Source of the DNA: the human T2T-CHM13v2.0 reference genome, Homo sapiens
Direction: 5' to 3' (one strand)
Assembly: GCF_009914755.1 (NCBI RefSeq)
Contig: NC_060935.1
Length of the DNA: 64,000 nucleotides
The notes under the pieces are model-generated. The model worked only from the letters and a program-made list of their open reading frames with translations. It was not told the origin of the DNA and searched no databases. Position numbers and translations under genes: made by a program. Positions 44,506 to 58,975 of the stretch are shown here, piece after piece. Position 1 is the first letter of the stretch, and each line of letters starts with the position of its first letter.

Positions 44506-45301
44506 TAAGACAGCTCTCCAAATAGCTGTAATTTATTGCCTCATTTGTGCAATTGATCTTTGGATCTAAGGATAGGACTTTACATTGATCCCTCTTATGC
44601 TGTGGGAGTCAGTGTGTCAAAGTAACTTTGACTGGGCTTGTCAGTCACGTAGGTAACTCTACATACTAGATTTTCATCATTGAAAAATTTTGTATAAATA
44701 AAAATAAATGCCATTAAATTAACACAACAGTGAAGCACTCAACAGTTGACATAGCACTTTGATATATAGTTATTGACAACTCCTCTTTTTTCACACCTTG
44801 TGCTAAGTTATCACTTCGTCTTTGGCAGCTGAAAGAAATAAGATACTTAAGTATAGCCATAGGTTGTTACAATTGCTACAATTTGAATTCACTCTGTTCT
44901 ATGCTCAACTGCATTGTTACTGTCTACCTCGATCTGACCAAATTGCAAGCATTGCCCCTTTCCACTTCCAGTGCATTAGGAAAACTTAAAGGAAGCCCCT
45001 GTATCAGGTCACTCTGATAGATTCTGAAATTATATCCTGTACACTGTCTCATCCCACTAGAAAATTGTGCATCATGTCACTGCCATGTTAGAAAAATGGG
45101 GCTTACCTGAGTCAATACACAAGAGAAATATCCAGCAGATATGCTAACACTCTACAGCCTCACATGGAAATTCTCTCCCTTTTGAAACCTTAGTCCAAGG
45201 GTTCTTGCCAGAAAATTCAGGCCTGCTACCCATGAATATCCTAGTCTTCCTGTGACTATGAGTGTCCTCCAGTCTTTCTGAAAAGCAGAGCCACAAGGCC
45301 C

Positions 45302-45758
45302 TGTGAGAAAACATTTTAAATGGTCCATTTTCAAGGCATGATAAATCTAAGTACTGGCAGCCAGCCTGCAGATGTAACAAACAGCATGCATGCATCTAGA
45401 AGGTCACGATATGTAAACAGAATGTAGAGGAGGGGTCAGCCCATAAAAGGGAAGAAAGTTTCGTTATTGGGAAATCAAAGCTTAAGCAGGAAGGGGACCA
45501 GGGTATAACCTTATAAGGGGGATGATTAAACTTAGGCGACGTCCAGGAAGATTGTAACCCCATAGTACTTGACCAATGAGGAACTGGGGGAGGGATTTGC
45601 ATGCTAGGAGGTAAATTACCTGCTGTAACTGCCCAGGGTGTACCTGTCTACCAGACACCCGATCTTGCAAGACCCCCATCAAAAGTCTCACTTCGGCTAC
45701 TCCTCATGTCTCGGAGTCCATTCTTTGGGTTTGGATGGGTGAATATGTGTTTCTCACA
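45302..45758 (+). mobile_element. ERVL solo LTR (LTR47A-like), 457 bp, complete
   Basis: TGTGAGAAA...TTTCTCACA inverted termini; CCAAT motif near 45573; recalled LTR47A-like sequence. Confidence 0.75.
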
Positions 45759-47680
45759 GCACTGTCTTTGTTTCTTCCCAGGACAGTGCTAGGACTGCTT
45801 TTTTCTATATCAGACACGTGGGCTCCTGCTGTGTCTTCCTGGAAAGCAGAGGCCAAGGATGGAGCAGACCAAGAGGATGCCAGGAAAAATCACAAAGAAG
45901 CCCAGAAAGCACAGCTGGAAGCCAAGAACCCTATTTTTGGTTTGTGTGGGTGGAAGGTGAGGGACAACATATAGTGACCAACAGGATTCTTCATTTGAAA
46001 GAGAATGGAGTACATCAGACCTGTGTATTTAGGTGAAGTATGATAAACATCATCATACTTCAAAGATTATGAACATCAAAGATTATGGAAAGGAACATGA
46101 CTGCTTAGTTTATTCCATTACCAGTGATCTGCTTGTTTGTTCATTTGCTTACCCATCCATTCATTTATTCATTCATTCCTCCATCCATTCTCTTTCACTT
46201 ATTCTACAATCATGATTGTATGCCTACCATATCGCTAGAGAGAGGGCAGGAAAAGATCCAAGGATGTGAATACAATCTTCTGCTTCATGATGAGAGCTAA
46301 AGGAATCTGTAAAGACTTTGTCTTTTTCATTTTTCTCTCTCCTACATAGACCCTGGAAAATGTTTTATTTCTTATAATTTGCCTGAGGTTTACTCATCCA
46401 CTACCAGAGCTCTGAAAACACTCTTCAGAACACTATTTTAAAATAATGACAATGACAATAATAGATAACATATATTCAGTGTTTTTTGTATGTGAAGCAA
46501 TGTAATAACCATTTAAAATGTTTGTAACTATACTTTATAAGAGTATGATGAAACAGGCACTATTAAAATGCTAGTTTTTCACACAGCTAATATGAGAGAG
46601 AGCTGGGATTTGGAGCCTCCATTCATGGCCATTATATGGTCTGTCTAATGAATGAAATGTTTGACCTTAGAGAAAACTTGAAATGCATAGTTTTCTTTGC
46701 TGACTTGAATGATATAAGTTTAAAAATCCGATAGTGGTTGCTAGTTGAAAATTCCTATTCCTTGGGAAACTGTTGAAAGTCTGTTTAGTACTAACCCCCC
46801 TCATTAATGGCCATTTGCAAAGCCAGGCCAAGTTTAGTCTTCTACCAGCACTGAAGAAACACATTTTTACCCAGAAGAAATGAGGGTGAAATCCTCTGAT
46901 AACTGGAAGATGCTGGATGTTCTGGAAAGAAAAGTAATTTTTTTTTCAATCTCTGGAAATTGCTTTTTTTGTTTTAAGTAAGGGTGGCTCAGTAGATGCT
47001 AACAGAGAAGCTGGGATCAGCTAATCTGGAGAAGATTCTGAGAGAATGAGTTGGGGAAGCTCACACTGAGAAAATGAGAAGATTGGTAGGAAGGGCGGTT
47101 TCTTGCTGTGTCCAAGAACAGGAATTGAGAAATGGTATTAAGCTGAAGGTGAGAGGGGAACAAAGAAGACTTTGAAAGTTGCATACAGGTTTGAAACAAA
47201 GTATACCACAAGGAATGGGAACATGTAGAGCTGTTTTAAAAATGTTTCTGTGTTTGTGTGAGTGTGTGTACTAGATATATTTTTAAAATGACTTTTCTCG
47301 GAATTACATCATACTTTGAAGATCAGCATAGGAAGTGAAGAAGGAACAAATATTCACTGAGAGCATTCACTAAGGGCCAGGAGCTCCCTGAATACCACAT
47401 ATGCCACCGCTCTCTCTTGTGATCCTGAAGGTCTGTGAGGCAGTTATCACTATGTATGGTATATTTTCAAAGAAAGCAAATAAAACCCAATGTGACTAAG
47501 AAAGATGCTAAAGTCATACAGCTAATTAGCTGTGGGTCCAGGATTCAAACCAGTGCACCCAGCACATGGTCTTCAATAAATATTTATTGAGCAGTGAATA
47601 CATGAATGAGTAAATAAGATGAAGCAAGCAAGCAAGCAGGTAGGCTTGTCTAACCCAAGTGTTCATGTTCTATCCTCTGT

Positions 47681-47888
47681 ACTGGTGGTTTTTAAATTGT
47701 GTGCCACAAAGGCCTTGGGTAACATGAGGAGGGTTAGTATGAGTGGCTGTCTAGCAGCATGGGGCCCCAGGCTCCCTATCTCTACTCCAACCAGGGCATC
47801 TCTGCTTCTGTTTGTGTTAAACATTGGGCTTTTGCCTGAGGTTTCATTTGAAGAAGAGGGCCTTCTTCTAGAAAGTGTTTATTACTCC
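47681..47888. mobile_element. MER117-like hAT element (MIR and L2 fragments immediately upstream, ~47350-47620)
   Basis: CTGGTGGTTTTTAAATTGTGT...CAACCAGGGCATCTCTGCTT...TTTCATTTGAAGAAGAGGG. Confidence 0.6.
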
Positions 47889-48609
47889 TGCCCCATGCCG
47901 TGTTCCCTCCTAAGTATGCATTATGAACTAGTTAAGTTTAATAAAGACATATATTACTGTAAAGTTGGAATTTATACCAGTGTCTGAATTCCAGTAGCAG
48001 CCCCCATATCTTGGTAATCGAAAGCCAACTGTTTCTAATATCCTGCATGCTGCTGAGGCCATTAACAATAGATGAGCCATCTAGGGCATTATGGCTAGCA
48101 GCCGGGACTACAACTTCAAGCTGTCTAGGTTCAACTGTGGCTCTGCCATGACCTGGTGAAATCTCAGGTAAATGATTCGACCTCTCCACACTTTAGCTTC
48201 CTCATCCATGAAATGTGATAGCTACCTTATACAGCATGGAAACTTTGTGCTCCAGTAATATGAATGGGCTCACTATAGCCAAGTGCACTTAGTTCCCTTG
48301 ATCTCACGTTTTTGTTTATGCTGGCTCCCAACTTAATGTGGTCTTCTCACTTTTCATCTGACTGTGAAAACTCCAACCAAAGGTACTTATATTCCTCCCA
48401 CTCAATAAATATGATGGCCTTGGTGTCAGTAAGGCGACATGTGAAGAGAGATATCAGTCTGGCTTGCCATACATTACAAGAATTTGCAGGCTTACCCTGA
48501 CAGTCCTAGTCCATGGGAGTGGGTGATGGGGTACTATTGTGTCACTGTCCGGGGTCCTGAATAATTAAAGAGTGCACAGTGGCTTTTACAAGAATACTAA
48601 GAATTATTT

Positions 48610-49050
48610 ATTTGTTAAGGTAACACTATCTGCTGTAGTAGGTAACCCTCTCTACCCCCAAATCTGAGTAGCTTACCATATTAGAAGTCTTTTCCTGTTC
48701 TCATAGGGTTCCATTGGTGCTGGGGGTGAGGAGGGGAGGTGGTAAAGGGGTTTGTTCCACACAACCATTCAGAGATTCATATTGATGAAGACGGCCATCT
48801 TCAACATATAGTTTCCAGAGTTGTTCTGGGCTCAGTATTTAGACTCCAGGTGGTATATCAGAGGAGAGAAGGAGAGTAGAGAACTGTGTGGCAGATTTTT
48901 ATGAACCAGATCTAGAAGGGACATTCATCACTGTCACTGGGATGCTGTTAATTAAAACTCGAGCATACAACCATTCCTAAGAATAAAAGAGGCAGTGGGA
49001 TGTTGCTTATTTGTGAGTTCATTGGAAAATCACTAGCTTGTTTTTGCCAC
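48610..49050 (-). mobile_element. old MaLR LTR (MLT1J-like)
   Basis: CCCCAAATCTGAGTAGCTTA...CCATCTTCAACAT...TTTTTATGAACCAGATCTAGAAG. Confidence 0.55.
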
Positions 49051-50419
49051 AAAATATTTTTTATGTTGTTACCCAATACCCCCCCCCACTGAGACACACA
49101 CACACACTCAACACAAATACAACTAGAGCAAAAAATTCATTAAATAATCCTCTGTGTGTGATATAGTCTCATAGTTTCTATTCTATTTTATTGTTTTAAA
49201 GTGCTGTCATGACCCATTAAACTGTTATTATGGCTGAATGAGTTTTGACTTATTGTTTGGAAAACACTGCCCTAAGGTATAACTGTTTCTCGTAATCTTA
49301 GACAGTGAGATATTGCTAATGAGGAGGAAAACTTCTCTTTTAAAATCATTTTCAAATAATTGCCATTTCTAATAAATAATTCGTAATCATCCGTGGGTAG
49401 AATATTAAAATAAAGTTGTTAAGAAATGGAATATTAATTAATAGAAAACCAGGAAGACTTCAGTCCAATATGGACAAGCAAGATCTGCTGGCAAATGAGG
49501 AAAATTGTGTAGGGATTTGAGACAGGCCAAATAAATAGCATTACTTTTTTCCCATCTGAGTTTGGAACCACTGAGAAATAGAGAAGAAAAAGCAGATGGG
49601 CATTCAAATACTGGCTTTATTACTGATAAAGTTAATAATGAAAAATATGGCTTCCTAATCCTAAACCTCAAACAGAGCTTACCTGCCCAGCCACAGGCAG
49701 TGCTAAGCAACTTCAGGCCTCCTGATTGCAGCCTGCCCCTGAAAAACTTACAGTATGAAGGAGCAAACCGGAATGATGAGTAGACCCCCCAAAATAAGAG
49801 GCCAGTACTGACCACACTTTGACAGCCCCTCATCCCATAATCACAATTTAGATCACTCCTCCTCCCCCTAAGGAGTTTGAATGCGAGGGTGGGGAAGTGT
49901 GACGGATGCCTCTCACAAGAAGCCAAGGGAGAGAAAGCTCTCCCCCATAAACACCACCAGGCAGAGATGGCATGACAGCAATGTCATTATCAAATGAAGC
50001 CTATCAAAGTGCTATTCACTTTTCTCTGCTATTTTCTAGAAAGACAATACATTTGCAATTTTTAGACCATCTTAAGCAAATGGAACAATGATTTTTCAAA
50101 ACTCACATATCTGATTCCATAGGCTTTTGTGGTTCTATGCTATTTCCGAGAATGGGACATGTCATTCCTTCAGGAAGATAAGTAGCGTACATGCCACATT
50201 CCCTCCCCTAACCCAGGTGCTGTATTTATGCCTTTCTGTTTTAGTTATGGTTTAGGATTTTTAGTTTAGGGTTTCTCATAATCTACTGGCTTACAATGAT
50301 ATCTCACAGCTTCTACTAACCCAAGCAATTCTTACGTTGGTATCTGTGGGCATCGAGTTTCTTCTTATCTAACTCTGCCTCTTAATGTTCCCAGCACAGC
50401 GTTTTGTACATAATAGATT

Positions 50420-50762
50420 CTGGAACAGTCTTCCCTCAGATCATCACAGAACAGGGTTCCTCTCATGATTAAGCTCAAATATCACCTTCCCAGAGAGTCC
50501 TTTCTTGACCACCCAAATGGAAGTAGCTGCAACCCCCAAAATTATGGCATCAATACTTTTATATGCTCATAGCATATCATAATCTTTTTTCTTTTTACTT
50601 ATTTGCTTGTTTATTTTCTGGCTCTTCCCACTAGAATATACATGCAATAGGAGCAGGTACTTTGCCTGTTAATCCCCCTCTTTTACTCTCAGTGCCTACA
50701 GCAATACCTGGCTCATGGATAAAATTTATACAATTTTAAAATGAATGAATAAATGCATAATA
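50420..50762 (+). mobile_element. L2a 3' end
   Basis: GCTCAAATATCACCTTCCCAGAGAG...CAGTGCCTACAGCAATACCTGGC...ATGAATGAATAAATG. Confidence 0.7.
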
Positions 50763-51009
50763 AAATTGAAATTGGCATTTCCCCAACTTTTACCCCCTTC
50801 TGGATAGAGAGGGAATGTTAGGTGAGGACTCATGAGAGGCTAGTTAGACAGAGGGAGAGAAGAAAAACTTGGCAAATGCTGGGTGTTTGCCTCAAAAATC
50901 TCTGTTAGTTTTGGCAGCTACTCAAAGAAAGACACAGCACAGTGGCCCTGCAGCACTTGACTTTTCTGTAATAGCTCTTCAGTAATAAGAAGAAAACAAC
51001 ATGCTTGTT

Positions 51010-51288
51010 ATTTAGCAGGCAATTCTTTAGGTCAGAGAGAAACAACCCTACATCATTCTTATTCCAAAAAGACCTGGCTGGGCAGGAGAGGAGGCCCCAA
51101 GGTCTGTGGGGCTCTGAAAAGCTACCCTTTTCAAGCGATTTTGCCTAAAAAATTTAGCAGGCAATTATTTAGGTCAGAGAGAATCAACCCTACATCATTC
51201 TTATTCCAAAAAGACCTGGCTGGGCAGGAGAAGAGGCCCCAAGGTCTGTGGGGTTCTGACAAGCTGCCCTTTTCAAGCAATTTTGCCT
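51010..51288. repeat. Tandem duplication, 2 x ~142 bp
   Basis: ATTTAGCAGGCAATT...TTTTGCCT starts at 51010 and at 51152. Confidence 0.95.
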
Positions 51289-51979
51289 GATTCAGCATAG
51301 GGAGTCCAGTTTATAAAGTTGATGAATGAGGTTTGTTTAAAAAAAGAGTCATGCCCTTATCTATATAGCAGGGAAGCCCATTCCCAGTAGACCTGAATTC
51401 AGCTTATAAGCTTGCCTGGGCTAGCTTATGTGGCAAGTGATGCAGAAAGAGCTTCAGTGATGGAATATTTGCCACCTCTCCCACACCTCCACCCACTGGG
51501 TAAAGTTCTGTTCTGCTGGTTGACCCTGGGACATTATTATTCAGATTAGGATGATGAATAGTGAGAATGACAAGAGAAACTGGATGGACATAATGTATTT
51601 ACCTCTAAGCTTGCAGAGAGTTATAGGAAAAGGGATAAACAACAACAACCAAAAAATAAAATAAAATAAAATAAAATTTAAAAACCCTGTACAGGTTGTG
51701 TTTATGAGTTTGGGAGACTTCAGAATGAGGAAGGAGAGAAAGTAAAAGAGAAGATGCCATACAGGTTAGAGAGAAAAGGCAAGTTTATAACTTGTTTTCT
51801 AAACATTTGTTTCATCAAGATATTGCATAAAGTTTAAACTATTTTAATTCATTTTGGGATTACAGACTCTTGTTTCCTTAAGTGTGACCCCAAGTCAAAA
51901 GGAAGCAGTTGAGATACAAAAAAAAATGCTGCAGAGTAAGAAGGATTGCCTGGGATTTTCTCCAGGACAGAGTTCGTGA

Positions 51980-52279
<300 letters not shown>

Positions 52280-52903
52280 CATGATACTATTCTTAATAAA
52301 TTGTTGTTAAATGAAATCTTATTCTAGCTGGAAATTATTATATTTTGAGCACAGATGATCTCCATCTCTTTCTCTTCATTTGAAGTTTCTTGATGTCTTA
52401 GTTCTAGAGACAAAATGTTTTGGCCAACGGCAGTCTTGCTACTTAGAGATCCAAGTGACCTTCAAGCTGGGCCACTTATGATACAACTTAAAGCAATTTC
52501 TTATTTCATTTTTGCCAATGATAGCTTGTACTCCAAATTTCATGAAAGGAGGCGATGATACTACTAGAAATTTTTTTTTAAAGCAGAGAAAGTTTGTATG
52601 TTAAGAATCCTTGCATGCAAATGGCAGAAATCCAACTCGAAATAGAGTGGGTAGAAAAGGCAATGTATTTGACCGTATTGAGTATCCCATGAAAGAGTGG
52701 GGAAAATCAACGGTACTTCTAGTTTTGGAAGACTAAAACCAGGGAATAAAATTCTGTCAGAACCTCTCCTTCCCGTCTCATATCAGTGCCTTTTTTTTCT
52801 GCACATCAGCTCTACTCTTTCTCATTTCATCCTCCCTCATTAGAAATTGAATTTATCTACATGACAGAAAATATGAGCATAGTTTTAGCTATCGCAGACA
52901 GAC

Positions 52904-53404
<501 letters not shown>

Positions 53405-53937
53405 GAGACTAACCTGATATATTTAATCTCATGTTGAAAAATCCAGGGAAAGATCTCACTGGCCTAGCCTGGGTCAGGCATTATCCCTATAAACCAAAAA
53501 ATTATGCCAGTGGGAGGGTCTTGAAAGGATACAGCAGCCCCTCCATATAAAGGAAGTTGAGAGAGAATCAGACCCCTGAATAAGGGGATTACCAACTCCC
53601 AAAGCAGGGGAACATGTGGACAGGTAAAGCAACAGGCATTAATCACAGGGTGAGGATAGAGACTGAGAGTGAAAAAAAAGAAGGCCCACTGCTAGTCCCT
53701 GCTCCTGCTTCACAGACTGAGAAACCAATGCCCGTGAAGACAGATTATTCAAAGAGGGGACTTCCGGATTTTCACCAAGGGAGGATATATATAAATGAAT
53801 CATACCAGAGTATTAAGAATTTCATTCAAACACAAACCAATAATAATAGCATGCATTAAGAGAGGATAGGGGAAAAAGTAAGCCCTTTCTTATTTTCTGT
53901 TATCTGAATGGCAAGATGAAGTGAAGTTCCTTCAAAA

Positions 53938-54212
53938 AAGTGGTCCTCTAAATGTTCATGAACCTAAGAATCACCTGGGGGAGCATGTTAAAAGGTGAAG
54001 ATTCTTGGGCTGATTTCTCATCAGAAACCATGGAGGCCAGGAGGCAATGGGATGACATATTTAAAGTGCTGAAAGGAAGAATATTACTGGGGTCTGCCCC
54101 AGGTCTATTGAATCAGAATCTGAGGGATAGAGCACATAAATCTTTATTTTAACAAATGTCTCAGGTGATTCTGCTGCAGGAGTTCTTTAAATAAACTCTA
54201 GAGAAACTACTC
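53938..54212. mobile_element. MER5A with a short L1 ORF1 fragment inserted (54009-54075)
   Basis: AGAATCACCTGGGG...TGAATCAGAATCTGAGGG...CAGGTGATTCTGCTGCAG; insert encodes ADFSSETMEARRQWDDIFKVLK. Confidence 0.75.
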
Positions 54213-56668
54213 CAGAAAGAAATCTCTCCTCTCCTGAAAGTTGGCTGGCTTTCTCTATTCAGTGCCAGAACTTGATACTTTGATACCTTTGTGACCAAGG
54301 TGCATTAAAACAAAATAAAGAATCAAAAGATAGAAAGAACACTAGATGATAGATAGACATACAGATAGATAAAGAAATAAATAGGTAAAATAAAACCTAT
54401 GAAAGTCTATAATTTTTAAAAATAAGTCACAGAAGTGAACAATTTACAAAGTAACAACAACAAAAATAACAAGATCTCACTCTGTCACCCAGGCCCCATC
54501 TCAAAATGACAAAACAAAAACAAAACAACAAGAGCTAATATAATGCTTATGATATGTCAGGTGCTATTCTGGGCACTGTTTATGAGCTGACTTTTCATCT
54601 CAAAGCCATATTATGAGGTAGGTCCAAGAAGGAACTACTAATTCAAGCATAAAAAAATTATTTAAATTTTCTACGTTTTCAATATTGTATCAGCAAAGAT
54701 TTTAAAATACTAGTGCTCACTGCCTGGGGAGTTTTGATGTTGTCATTCTTAAACAATGCTGATAGGAATATAAATTATTTCCTAACACATAAAGAATTTT
54801 TAAAAAGTTGACTTGACAATATCACTTCTAGAAATCCTCAAAATCCAGACAAATCTATCTTGTAAGCAAATATTTGCATACAAGAATGGTTATCATGGTT
54901 TTACTTACAATAAAAAACTGGAAAGAACTAAATGGTCAACTCTAGGTAAATGATTGAATACATTATGGTATATTTATATGTAACATTAAAAATAACATTG
55001 AAAAATACACACAATCAAAACAGGATGAAAATATGAACATGGCCTAAAATTAAGAGCTTCTTACAATGTACCCCAAGGTAATTCAGGAAACCATAGAATC
55101 TAGGTTCAAAAAGAATTTAGTGAAGAGACATCACTAAAAATGGTGGAGTAAGGACAATGACCCCCAAGATGATTCATTAACTCTTCTTATGGACTCTAAG
55201 GACCTTTCCATGGACCCCCAAGGTGATTCATGAAATTATAGAATCCAGGTTCAAAAACACTGGAGGATAGATGTCACCAAAAATGGTGGAATAGGGAGCC
55301 CTAAGGACCTGTTCCTCCACTGAAGCAAATGTTAAGCTAGTGAAAGCTGTTAAACTATTTTGGAATGTGAGAATCTAATAAGAAAAAACTTACAACAACC
55401 AGGAGAGTGCTTAATAAAGAGGAGACTTCTAAATTTCAGTAAGAAATTGTGTGGCATTTTTGCTTATCCACCTATCACCCCCTATACCCTAGCTTGGTGG
55501 TGGCCAATAGGAATGGTGGCCATGTTCCTGGTGGTTTAGTTGCTAGTGCCAGAAAGATCAGTACAGACCTTGTTATCAATAAATTGTGGTTGTGCATGCA
55601 TTTTAACCTTTTTGGCAGTTCCTCGAGAGGCTGGCTTAGAGAACTGCCTTTGTTTTTACCCCACTTTGAATTCTCTCATGACTGGAGGCCTCCTGGCCTC
55701 CATTTGTCAAAAGCACATAAGGACATTATACAATGGACAGCCACCTGGAGAAAGAGGTGGAGAATGGGACAAGCAGCAGACAGACCAAAAATCCTGGGAA
55801 TGAGGAGCCTGAGGATCAAGATAAATGGGGAAATAAGGACTTTGAAGGACTCCTGAATATATCAGGGAATCCAGACAGCCATGTGCATGCTCCGAATAAA
55901 TGTTCAGAAAGATCTGGGATGATTCGGTGCTTGCATCTCTGGCTGATCATTCGGCCCTGCAGAAGCAGGAGGATAAGGGTTAAGACAGAGTTATTGGTGG
56001 TTTGGCTAAGCATTGAATGCTCCAGCTCAAAAATAATCTGCAAAGACTGCAGATGCCACTAAGTATTTTTCATTTTATTTTTGGTTCCAAGCATTTAAGT
56101 AAGTGTCTCTCAGGTGACTGGCTAACTGCTAAGACATAACAGTGACCATACATAAGAAGAAATACAATCTTTGCCAAATTCTTTGGAAAAGTTACTAAAC
56201 AAATGGATGGCTGCAGCCCAAAACAAACAACAGTAGCCAATTATTGGAAAGGGAGATAATCTGACTTCCAGAGTTACAAACATGCAAAAAATTATGAACA
56301 TGCAAAGAAACAGAAAAGTATGACCCATTCACGGGAAGAACAAGAAAGAGACATTGACAGAAGCTTTCCCTGAGGAAGCTCAGACATTGAACTTAGCAGG
56401 TAAACACTTTAAGTCAACTGTCTTAAAGATGCTCAGATAACTGGGGGAAACTATGAAAAAGAACTAAAGAAAACCAGGAAAATGATGTCTCAACAGAGAA
56501 TATCAATAGACAGAAAGTATAAGAAGAAACCAAATAGAAATTCTGGAGGTGAAAAGTATAATAGCTACTTTTGTCAAATTCACTAGAGGAGTTCAACAGA
56601 AAATTTGAGCATGCAGAACAAACACGCAGTAACTTGAGGAATGGTTCATTAAAATTATCCAGTCTGAG

Positions 56669-56875
56669 CAAGAGGGAAAGTTCAAAGACAGAGGAGAGAG
56701 AATCATGATTAAGTTTAGCTGGATGGGTCAATTGGCTTTATACAGGAAGATGGCCACGTTTTCCATTGCATCAGAAAGTAAGTGGGAAAAGAATGCTAAG
56801 TAGAGATAGATGATAACACCGTAATAAGCCTACAAATTAGGGAAGGGTGAAAAATAAAATAATTCGAAGACAAAA
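56669..56875 (+). other. 207-bp retrotransposed non-L1 insert with perfect 18-bp TSD
   Basis: AAAATTATCCAGTCTGAG at 56651-56668 and 56876-56893; AATAAA at 56853-56858 followed by an A tract. Confidence 0.75.
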
Positions 56876-56924
56876 AAAATTATCCAGTCTGAGTAGAGAA
56901 AAGAAAAAATAATAAAGAAAAGTA

Positions 56925-58975
56925 GTCCTAGCCAAAGCAATCAGACAATAAATAAAGGGCATCCAAATCAGTAAGAAGAAGTCAAACTGTCGCTGTTCAC
57001 CAAAGACATGATTGTACACCTAGAAAACCCTAAAGACTCATCCGTAAAGCTCCTAGTTCTGATAAATGAATTCAGTAACGTGTGAGGTTACAAAATCAAT
57101 GTACACAAAAGAGTAGCACTGCTGTACACCAACAATGACCAAGCTGAGAATTAAATCAAGAACTCGATCCCTTTTAAAACAGCTACCAAAAATAAATAAA
57201 TAAATAAGAAAAGAAAGAAAGAAAGGAAAAACACCTAGGAATATATGTAACCAAGGAAGAAAAAGATCTCTACAAGGAAAACTCCAAAACACTGCTGAAA
57301 GAAATTATCGATGACACAAACAAATGGAAACACATCCCATGCTCATGGGTGAGTAGAATCAATATTGTGAAAATGGCCATACTGCCAAAAGAAATCTGCA
57401 AATTCAATGCAATTCCCATCAAAGTATCATTATCATTCTTTGCAGAACTAGAAAAAACAATCCTAAAGTTCATATGGAACCAAAAAACAGCCTGCATAGC
57501 CAAAGCAAGACTAAGAAAAAGAAAAAATCTGGAGACATCACATTACCCAGCTTCAAATTATACTACAAGGTTATAGTTACCCAAACAGCATAATACTGGT
57601 ATAAAAATCAGGACATAGACTGGTGGGACAGAATAGAGAACCCAGAAATAAAGCCAAATACTTACAGCCAACTGATCTTTGACAAAGCAAACAAAAACAT
57701 AAAGTGGGGAAAGACACTTTATTCAATAAATGGTGCTGAGATAATTGACAAGCCACATGTAGCAGAATGAAACTGGATCCTCATCTCTCACCTTACACAA
57801 AAATCAACTCAAGATGGATCAAAGACTTAAATCTAAGACCTAAAACCATATAAATTCTAGAACACAACATCAGAAAAACTCTTCTAGACATTAGCTTAGG
57901 TAAAGAGTTCATGGCCAAGAACTCAAAAGCAAATGCAACAAAAACAAAGATAAATAAATGGGACCTAATTAAGCTAAAAAGCTTTTGCACAGCAAAAGAA
58001 ATAATCAGCAGAGTAAACAGGCAACCCATGGAGTGGGAGAAAAATCTTCACAAACTATGCATCAAACAAAGGACTAATATCTAGAATCTACAAGGAACTC
58101 AAATCAGCAAGAAAAAAAAATCCCATCAAAAAGTGGGCAAAGACATGAATAAACAATTCTCAAAAGAAGACGTACGAATGGCCAATAAAAATATGAAAAA
58201 ATGTTCAACATCACTAATTATCAGGGAAATGCAAGTCAAAACCACAATGACGTTACTCCTGCAAGAACGGCCATAATTAAAATATCAAAAAATAACATAT
58301 GTTTGCATGGATGTGGTGAAAAGAGAACACTTTTACACTGCTGGTGAGAATGTAAACTAGTACAACCACTATGGAAAACAGTATGGAGATTCCTTAAAGA
58401 ACAAAAAATAGAGCTACCATTTGATCCGCAATCCCACTACTGGGTATCTACCCAGAGGAAAAGAAGTCATTATATGAAAAAGACACTTGCACATGCATGT
58501 TTATAATAGCACAATTCACAATTGCAAATATATGGAACCAGCCTAAATGCCCATCAACCAATGAGTGATGAGTGGATAAATAAAATGTCATATATATCAT
58601 ATACATACCGTGGAATACTACTCAGTCATAAAAAAGAAATGAAATAATGGCATTCACAGCAACCTGGATGGAATTGGAGACCATTATTCTAAGTGAAGCA
58701 ACTCAGGAATGGAAAAGCAAATATTGTATATTCTCACTTATAAATGGGAGCTAAGCTGTGAGGACGCAAAGGCATAAGAATGATATAAAGCACTTTGGGG
58801 ACTCAGCGGGGGAGGATGGGAGGGCAGTGAGGGATAAAAGACTATACATTGGGTACAGTGTACACTGCTTGGGTGATGGGTACACCAAAATCTCAGAAAT
58901 CATCACTAAAAAACTTATCCATGCAATCAAAAACCACTTGTTATCCAAAAACTGAAATAAAATTAAAAAATAAAC
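56925..58975 (+). mobile_element. 5'-truncated L1PB1/2-like element
   Basis: ORF2 C-terminal remnants; 3'UTR GGGAGCTAAGCTGTGAGGACGCAAAGGCATAAGAATGAT. Confidence 0.88.

Noticed and set aside
41474-49926. 100-160 aa ORFs in TE-poor DNA (41474, 43078, 43696, 47619, 49438) as host genes
   Set aside because: No recognisable domains, several have non-ATG starts or overlap MIR/MER remnants, and lengths are at chance level for six frames
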